31,750 nucleotides of DNA from a virus. Taxonomy: Duplodnaviria > Caudoviricetes. Under the pieces are notes generated by a model. The model saw only the letters and a program-made list of their open reading frames with translations, was not told the origin of the DNA and made no database searches. Position numbers and translations under genes: made by a program. How positions within the stretch are numbered: the first letter of the stretch is position 1; each line of letters begins with the position of its first letter. This document shows positions 26,702 through 31,750 of this stretch, piece after piece. The DNA lies in IMG/VR virus record IMGVR_UViG_3300020042_000990, positions 1-31,750 of that record; one strand, written 5' to 3'.

Positions 26702-27193
26702 TTAAGTTGTAGCCAAGCGAATTAACGCTGCTGCTGTTGTGTTTGCAGGCATTGTTAGCGAAAACGAGCCCGCCGTAACAGTCTGCGAACCAAACGTGTG
26801 AACGCTGATGGCCTTATTACTCTGAGTTGCGTTGTAAAACAACACGCAATCAAACGCCGTTGACAAAGTCACTGTTGTAAAGGTCAAGCTAGCTGAGGGC
26901 GTAAAAAACGCCACGCCTGCTGTTGCCGATGTATTGGTTGAAGATGGCGCTGTTGCATTTGTTACTGTAATACCACCAGCGGTATAGTTAGTGCCAGACA
27001 CTTCACCTGTTGCCGTGTAAACAGTGGTTGCCGCATTGATTGTTGCCGTCGTCAAATACAAAGCCGCTTTAAGCGTGTCTGTAGTTGGTGAAGTCAGGCT
27101 GGTGCGAGAGATAAGCGTTGCAGTGCCAAGCTGGTGCTCGCCAACCATAAGCTGTTGCATAAACGAAGTACACATTGATTGGGTATTTGCCAT
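26702..27193 (-). CDS. Putative virion structural protein (163 aa), paralog of 27394-27819
   Basis: TAAGGA RBS. MCTSF..LM.G, LKAALY.T.AT..A.TT.YTATGE, YTAGG and ALIRLA are mirrored in the paralog. Confidence 0.75.
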   Translation of the reverse strand: MANTQSMCTSFMQQLMVGEHQLGTATLISRTSLTSPTTDTLKAALYLTTATINAATTVYTATGEVSGTNYTAGGITVTNATAPSSTNTSATAGVAFFTPSASLTFTTVTLSTAFDCVLFYNATQSNKAISVHTFGSQTVTAGSFSLTMPANTTAAALIRLATT

Positions 27194-27208
27194 GATAGTT
27201 CCTTAAAA
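27185..27208. repeat. 24-bp exact direct repeat, copy 2
   Basis: Identical to 25152-25175. Confidence 0.9.
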
Positions 27209-27394
27209 AGATGCCACTGAGCTAGTGAGCGTTACGGTTTTCTTTAACTGAACATGCGCTGAACGATGCACAAGTTCGCCATCCAACCAATACTCCACCC
27301 AAGTGGTGTACTCGTTGTCATTATCAACGAAACCTTCTTTTTTTTCAAGAAGAGTCTCGTCCATCTCGCCTTTGGTTGTGGTTACAAGTGCCAT
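27203..27394 (-). CDS. Small acidic hypothetical protein (63 aa)
   Basis: TAATG coupling with the upstream gene; its stop forms the next RBS. WVEYWLDGELVHRSAHV core. Confidence 0.75.
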   Translation of the reverse strand: MALVTTTKGEMDETLLEKKEGFVDNDNEYTTWVEYWLDGELVHRSAHVQLKKTVTLTSSVASF

Positions 27395-27819
27395 TACGCT
27401 ATCCTTATGATTGCTGAAGTGTTTGATACAGCGGGGAACTGTACCGTGAATGTTGCAGTTGAAGTCTTATCTGCACCGAAATCAAGCACACAAACTGCGG
27501 GGCTTCCGCCGCCATTTTGATAAATCAAAGCTCCGCGAGCGGTTAGCGCCGAAGTCCAAACTGCGTTGTCAAATGAGATATAGGCGGTGCTGCCTGAGTT
27601 GCCTACCGTGGGAGCCTGCGCAATCGTGAGTGCCAGTCCACCAGCCACGTACCCAGAAGCCACAGTTTCGCCCGTAGCCGTATAAGCCGTGGTAGACGCA
27701 TCAAGTGTGGCTGCATTGGTATAGAGTGCAATATAGAACGTCCCCGAAGTAAAGTTGAACGTACCGTTCATCAACCCAGTCTTAAAGACATTGCAGGAGA
27801 AGTTGCCTGTGAAAGCCAT
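27394..27819 (-). CDS. Putative virion structural protein (141 aa), paralog of 26702-27193
   Basis: TGATG overlap supports the ATG at 27819. FK..LM.G, FYIALYT..ATL.A.TTAYTATGE, ARGALIY, VLDFG.DK and AIIRIA motifs. Confidence 0.75.
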   Translation of the reverse strand: MAFTGNFSCNVFKTGLMNGTFNFTSGTFYIALYTNAATLDASTTAYTATGETVASGYVAGGLALTIAQAPTVGNSGSTAYISFDNAVWTSALTARGALIYQNGGGSPAVCVLDFGADKTSTATFTVQFPAVSNTSAIIRIA

Positions 27820-28556
27820 CAACGCACCCCGTTATTCTGCGGCAAAGGCGCTTGACGGTACTGACCACTGCGATATGCGTCGGATCGCTCAAGTCCATCA
27901 CCAAGACGTTGAGCCAGTGCAAGAGCTTCTTTGTACTTACCGTCGTATAAGCCAATGATGTCCGGCTCACCCTTCATAAAGGTATATGCCTCAACCAGCG
28001 AGCCATACAACAGAACGGTGTCAAAGTTATCGCCCAGCCAAGTTGTAGTTGCCGTAGTGATTGACTCGGGGTAGTAGTAGTAATGCAACTCTACGTAATA
28101 CGTAGCATCAGGTGTTGGGCCAAGAATAAGAGACAGCTCCGTTGTAATTGCTGAATTGAGAATTGTTGGGCCAAACAAAGCATAATATTTTGGCTCGCCC
28201 GTGTCATTTGGGGTTGGGTATGCTTGCCTGATGAAGTTTACATCCTTATTGAGTAAGTACTCAAACGTGCCCGTATCCAAGTTTGCATTAGTTACACCCG
28301 TTACCAACGCCAAGGAATACACAGACAAGAAATCATTTGGTAAAGATATGTACTTGTTGTTTGCCGTGATTGCAGAAAACATATTCTTACGAATGGACGG
28401 GAACTGAACTGAGTTGTATATACGTTGTTCAGCCTGCGTAATGAAGGTATTGATCTGCGTGGTTGCAGATACAGTAGCTTGACTCGCAAGGTATACATCG
28501 GGGAACTGATTCTCCGTGTATGTCTGAATCGTGTTATACAACGTCGTGTAATTCAT
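27819..28556 (-). CDS. Head-tail adaptor-like protein (T7 gp11-type fold inferred, 245 aa)
   Basis: Helical N-terminus (FITQAEQRIYN), beta insert with LP.DF, GEPKYY and GPTPD..Y, helical C-terminus LLYGSLVEA. ATGA overlap with the upstream gene. Confidence 0.65.
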   Translation of the reverse strand: MNYTTLYNTIQTYTENQFPDVYLASQATVSATTQINTFITQAEQRIYNSVQFPSIRKNMFSAITANNKYISLPNDFLSVYSLALVTGVTNANLDTGTFEYLLNKDVNFIRQAYPTPNDTGEPKYYALFGPTILNSAITTELSLILGPTPDATYYVELHYYYYPESITTATTTWLGDNFDTVLLYGSLVEAYTFMKGEPDIIGLYDGKYKEALALAQRLGDGLERSDAYRSGQYRQAPLPQNNGVR

Positions 28557-28819
28557 GCCATCGGGCCTCGTGCCATCAGACCTTTAGTAGCTGCGCCAGT
28601 ACCACGGACTTTGATACCGTCGGTTTTGACTTGCTTATTGTCAACATTTTTGCTGATGTTGCCAACGCTCATATTGACCGTGTCAGCTTTGCTGCGGTTT
28701 GGCTCTTTGCCGGGGGTGGAGGAAATTTTCATTGCCTTACCATCCATAGTGTGTGGCTCGGCATAGACACTTGCGCCGCCAACTTCTTTACCGTCTCGTT
28801 TCATGCTGAATTTAGCCAT
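28553..28819 (-). CDS. Small basic protein (88 aa), possible internal head or DNA-binding protein
   Basis: TAATG coupling, K/G/M-rich, C-terminal GIKVRGTGAATKG. Confidence 0.75.
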   Translation of the reverse strand: MAKFSMKRDGKEVGGASVYAEPHTMDGKAMKISSTPGKEPNRSKADTVNMSVGNISKNVDNKQVKTDGIKVRGTGAATKGLMARGPMA

Positions 28820-28998
28820 TATTTGCCCCTTTGGTTGGCTACTTTAGCCATACCACGACCCATACTCATCATCATCTCATTGGTCTTGCCGCCTTTGGCT
28901 AGCTTTGTCATAGGCTTGCCGGGATGAAGCCTTTTCTCGTGCTTATGCACGGCTCCAGCCATCATCTTTTTGTCCTGTTTTAAATCTTTCTTGTCCAT
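28819..28998 (-). CDS. Small basic protein (59 aa)
   Basis: TAAGGAG RBS at 29005-29011 supports the ATG at 28998. K/M-rich, HKHE..LH and LAKGG motifs. Confidence 0.75.
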   Translation of the reverse strand: MDKKDLKQDKKMMAGAVHKHEKRLHPGKPMTKLAKGGKTNEMMMSMGRGMAKVANQRGK

Positions 28999-29008
28999 CA
29001 CTGACTCC

Positions 29009-29398
29009 TTATGTCGTTGCTATTGTTACTGTACCAAGTTCCACAACTAAAACCAAGTTATTTGGGGTCAAAACCGAGTCAAAACTGGATGAACCACCGA
29101 CTGGGTTCCACCCCCACTGAAACACTCGACTACCGCCTCCGTTGTATCCATCAGCTAGATCACCAGAAACTTGATAGCTTGTATCTGGCCTTGGCTCACG
29201 CACTGCCTGAGGATCACTTACCGGATACATACCCAACTGAAGCTGCGGCTGATCTGGATCCCAGCAAGATTTGCAGACTTTGATGTTGTATATCTTGGTT
29301 TTAACAACCTGCTTACGCAACTCCTGCAACTTGTACCGCTGCCCACACCTGTCGCATTCAGCAATTGAATATTTACCTGAGGCAAATCTAGTTGGCAT
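29009..29398 (-). CDS. Zn-ribbon protein of the structural operon (129 aa)
   Basis: GAGGTG RBS. CDRC...CKSC cysteine pairs, followed by PQLQLG and DPQAVREPRPD. Confidence 0.8.
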   Translation of the reverse strand: MPTRFASGKYSIAECDRCGQRYKLQELRKQVVKTKIYNIKVCKSCWDPDQPQLQLGMYPVSDPQAVREPRPDTSYQVSGDLADGYNGGGSRVFQWGWNPVGGSSSFDSVLTPNNLVLVVELGTVTIATT

Positions 29399-29406
29399 AG
29401 CTCACC

Positions 29407-30330
29407 TCAGTAGAACAACTGCCTTGGGACAAACCGCTCTGGGGCTTTCTCACGGTCTTCTTGGGATGCCAACAGCCATTGCTGCTCGTACTCACCTTTT
29501 AAAAATGCTACACGATCAGGAGAAACTTCAGGCCGCTTAGAACCGACGTAAAACGCCAAACCAGCCACCATACAAGGAATTAGACGGAAAGGGATGTCTT
29601 GCACGTTCACGCCGTTGCCAGCATCATGAAGTCTACGCAGTCTCCAATACACAAAGGTGTAGTCCCCACCAGCATTCGGAGTAGGCCAGACATTGATACA
29701 GGGCAAGTTTTGCGAATAGATTGCCGCGCCAGTTGTATGCGCCGCTGCCGTGGTGTAGTTCTGCCCACGGGTGCAATTTATTAAGCTGTTACCGTCTACG
29801 TTGGTATAGCCAATCGTCTCGGAATCAATCTTGATAAACCCTGTAGTAGTTAACCCTGATGTACTGCTAAGCACGATCGTTGTTGCAGTGCTGGTAATTG
29901 TGCCATTTAGAGTAACCGAAGTCACATTTGTCTGCGCCGTTTGACGATTAATCCACACCTCGATTGGACGCCCAGTCGTAAGTTTGTTTGGAATGGTGGA
30001 GTAGGTAGGCTCAGAGATACGGCTGATGTTGACGTCTGTCTGATTTGATGCCGTACCGTTGTTTTGTCGAATGACATGGTCAAGCAAGTCAATCGTGTCT
30101 TCTGGGAGTGGGTACACCGCCTGCCCAGTCACAAGTGCGATCGCGCCTTCTTCCACAGTCCACAAATTGATACCACGATTCGCCCACTCAATTGTCAACA
30201 GGTTCAGTGAACGGCGTGCCGTACGAAACTCATAGCCAGTACGAACCTCTAGACCCGCCCGCTCATACGCTTCCTCGATCATCTCATTGAGATCAAGGTT
30301 AAACGAGTTGGAAGAGGATACGTAAGCCAT
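29407..30330 (-). CDS. Second head-tail adaptor-like protein with an inserted beta domain (307 aa)
   Basis: Helical start (IEEAYERAG...ARRSLNLL..EW.N), YPLP, GRP and WPTP....Y motifs, helical end CMVAGLAFY. Thr-rich insert at about 29710-29930. Confidence 0.6.
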   Translation of the reverse strand: MAYVSSSNSFNLDLNEMIEEAYERAGLEVRTGYEFRTARRSLNLLTIEWANRGINLWTVEEGAIALVTGQAVYPLPEDTIDLLDHVIRQNNGTASNQTDVNISRISEPTYSTIPNKLTTGRPIEVWINRQTAQTNVTSVTLNGTITSTATTIVLSSTSGLTTTGFIKIDSETIGYTNVDGNSLINCTRGQNYTTAAAHTTGAAIYSQNLPCINVWPTPNAGGDYTFVYWRLRRLHDAGNGVNVQDIPFRLIPCMVAGLAFYVGSKRPEVSPDRVAFLKGEYEQQWLLASQEDREKAPERFVPRQLFY

Positions 30331-30677
30331 TATCTAAATCCTGCTGTTTTCTTTGCTATGCCTTTTGGCTGCGCTACGAATTGTTTTCCGGCTTTTTTGC
30401 CAGCGCGTTTCGCACGCGTTGTCGCAGCGTACTCAGCAGGGCTAAGACTTTTGATCGCAGCTTTTGGAAGGTATCGCTCACCTGTGTCAGAAGATTTTTT
30501 ACCACTTTTAGTTGTCCAATCTTGTTTGCCCCAGTCCTTTAAAGACTGTTGCGGTTTAGCCAACCCACCACCTGCCATCTTCTTACTTGCGCAATGCGCC
30601 TTTTCTGAAAACCCTTTTGGGCTATCACAGTTAATAGACGCTTTGCGCTTGTCAGACCATTTAGTCACGATACCCAC
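30330..30677 (-). CDS. Basic protein (about 112-115 aa; start may be the GTG at 30668): KWS..C..PKGFS..AHC module plus a DUF5872-like C-terminal half
   Basis: Very Lys-rich. SLKDW..QDW.TKSG, GERYLP.AA and GKQFV motifs. TAATG coupling to the next gene. Confidence 0.75.
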   Translation of the reverse strand: MGIVTKWSDKRKASINCDSPKGFSEKAHCASKKMAGGGLAKPQQSLKDWGKQDWTTKSGKKSSDTGERYLPKAAIKSLSPAEYAATTRAKRAGKKAGKQFVAQPKGIAKKTAGFR

Positions 30678-31092
30678 CGCCAGCAGCCTTGTACCGTTTA
30701 GCCATGACCTGTGCTTTTCTCGCGCTCCATTGCCCTGCGCCTGTACCTACGATTGCCGCAGCTTTGACGCTGTTGAAGATACGTTTGCGTAGCTCAGGCT
30801 TGGTGTAGTTACCCGCCTCGTTTACTTTGGATTTTGTTTCTCCGCCCTCTTTATAAGAGGCTGTCTTAGCTGCGTTGGCAAAGTCATTTTTCTTTGGAGC
30901 GCCCGACGAGCCCGCGCTGCGCATCTTCTCGCCAGAGCCTGCGGCTATCCGTTTTTTCTTGGCTGCAATGTTGGCGTACAAACCGCCCCCCGCATATGTC
31001 TCCACATCTTGTGGATCATCAGTACGCTTAATGGTTTTGCCCTTGGGCATCTTAGAAGGGCTGATAGCACCCATACCACGAGAGGACATCAT
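30661..31092 (-). CDS. Basic multi-module protein (143 aa)
   Basis: Three segments (SSRGMGAISPSK; GLYANIAAKKKRI..GSGEKMR; NYTKPELRK...GQWSARKAQ...YKAAGGGY) joined by YAGGG and YKEGG. Confidence 0.8.
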   Translation of the reverse strand: MMSSRGMGAISPSKMPKGKTIKRTDDPQDVETYAGGGLYANIAAKKKRIAAGSGEKMRSAGSSGAPKKNDFANAAKTASYKEGGETKSKVNEAGNYTKPELRKRIFNSVKAAAIVGTGAGQWSARKAQVMAKRYKAAGGGYRD

Positions 31093-31095
31093 GAT

Positions 31096-31662
31096 TTAGC
31101 ACACCTTTCCGCGAGTCTTACCTCGCTGAGCGATACCATCGGCGCGACTAGAAACTGAGCCACCTTTTTTAATGCCATATCTTTCTTTGCCTTCTTTTTT
31201 AGCTTGTTCCCGGCCTTCCATACTGAATGTCTTATCCAAATAGTTACCAATGCCTCTAGGTATACTCATGACGGCATCCCCTATGGCTGCACGATTGGCA
31301 ACTTTTTCTTCGTCAGTAGCGCCCGGTGCAAAATTTGTAGAAACTTTTGATGTGGGGGCAACTTTTTTTACGGGAGCAGCTTCGTTTGCTGGAGCAACTT
31401 CTTTTACAGGATCAGCTTTTTTTGCAGGCGCTGAGTCTTTTACAGGATCAGCTTTTTTTGCAGGCGCTGAGTCTTTTACAGGATCAGCTTTCTTTGCAGG
31501 CATTGAATCTTCGCCCCTACGCCGTAACCCCTTGTCTGCATTCAACAAGTCGCGTAAAGATTTATCTTCGCCATACTGACTTTTAAAATCAGCAAGCTCT
31601 TTAGCAGACACCATGGCCTTGCCATCTTTGACTTCACGATCTGGTTTGGGTGTGTATGCCAT
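31096..31662 (-). CDS. Lys/Ala/Pro-rich protein with a tandem repeat (188 aa)
   Basis: TAAGGAG RBS at 31668-31674. Three PAKKADPVK repeats. C-terminal IKKGGSVSSRADGIAQRGKTRGKVC. Confidence 0.8.
   Translation of the reverse strand: MAYTPKPDREVKDGKAMVSAKELADFKSQYGEDKSLRDLLNADKGLRRRGEDSMPAKKADPVKDSAPAKKADPVKDSAPAKKADPVKEVAPANEAAPVKKVAPTSKVSTNFAPGATDEEKVANRAAIGDAVMSIPRGIGNYLDKTFSMEGREQAKKEGKERYGIKKGGSVSSRADGIAQRGKTRGKVC
31400..31501. repeat. 36-bp in-frame tandem repeat, about 2.8 copies
   Basis: TCTTTTACAGGATCAGCTTTTTTTGCAGGCGCTGAG at 31400 and 31436, with a partial copy (one mismatch) at 31472. Confidence 0.95.
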
Positions 31663-31671
31663 GATTACTCC

Positions 31672-31749
31672 TTAGCAGGCTTTGCCGCCCATGTTCATCT
31701 TGACCATTTTGCCTTTGGTTTTGCCTTTTGTAGCAACACCGTCAGCGGC
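31672..31749 (-). CDS. 3' end of a basic protein entering from beyond the window
   Basis: Translated by hand: ...AADGVATKGKTKGKMVKMNMGGKAC-stop. The stop forms the TAAGGAG RBS of the next gene, and the motif matches the end of 31096-31662. Confidence 0.75.
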   Translation of the reverse strand, partial: AADGVATKGKTKGKMVKMNMGGKAC

Positions 31750-31750
31750 T

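Larger units (their letters stand above)
1..31750 (-). mobile_element. Tailed bacteriophage structural and lysis region, podovirus-like (free phage versus prophage cannot be told)
   Basis: All credible ORFs are on the minus strand and nearly gap-free. They include fibre, S74 chaperone, holin, endolysin, nozzle-like and adaptor-like proteins. No host housekeeping gene, integrase or att site is visible. Confidence 0.95.

Noticed and set aside
19410-27650. xxGG matches in fibres and small tail proteins (IANGG, VANGG, YTAGG, YVAGG) as members of the GG code
   Set aside because: They lie inside fibre repeats or conserved folded cores, not at flexible module junctions. They do show that the motif can arise by chance, so statistics are needed.
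31400-31501. CRISPR array
   Set aside because: The 36-bp units are head-to-tail with no spacers and are in frame within a gene.
1-31750. Stop-codon reassignment, because none of the called genes ends in TAG
   Set aside because: Genes are intact and densely packed under the standard code with no in-frame TAG, so TAG is avoided, not recoded.
1-31750. tRNA, rRNA, integrase or att sites; host assignment
   Set aside because: Intergenic gaps are at most 74 nt and no cloverleaf is visible. No integrase motif was seen. The host cannot be determined from this window.

Overview
The window is one tightly packed, minus-strand structural (late) gene block of a tailed dsDNA bacteriophage. It holds about 30 co-directional genes with overlapping stop/start codons and TAAGGA(G)-type ribosome binding sites. 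In transcription order (right to left) it encodes: small Lys/Arg-rich proteins, two adaptor-like proteins, a Zn-ribbon protein, small tail or decoration proteins, several fibre or receptor-binding proteins (a tandem paralogous pair of about 680 aa, a fibre chaperone and a peptidase-S74 fibre), a lysis cassette (two holin candidates and an M15 peptidase endolysin), a nozzle-like protein, three putative ejection proteins, and a 3109-aa polyvalent protein with zincin-like, ART-like and LPD38-like parts. No tail tube, sheath or tape-measure gene is seen, which points to a short-tailed (podovirus-like) virion. Terminase, portal and capsid genes are not recognised here and probably lie outside the window. 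All family calls come from motif recognition by eye; no search was run. The main leads are: (1) a hydrophobic-x-x-Gly-Gly motif at module junctions of the putative internal and ejected proteins, plus a shared C-terminal G-x-A-x-K/R-G motif, suggesting a processing or encapsidation code; (2) a T4 T-like GAF-domain holin next to a second holin; (3) an FSR-bounded enzyme cassette in the giant protein; (4) exact DNA microhomologies framing variable tail modules.
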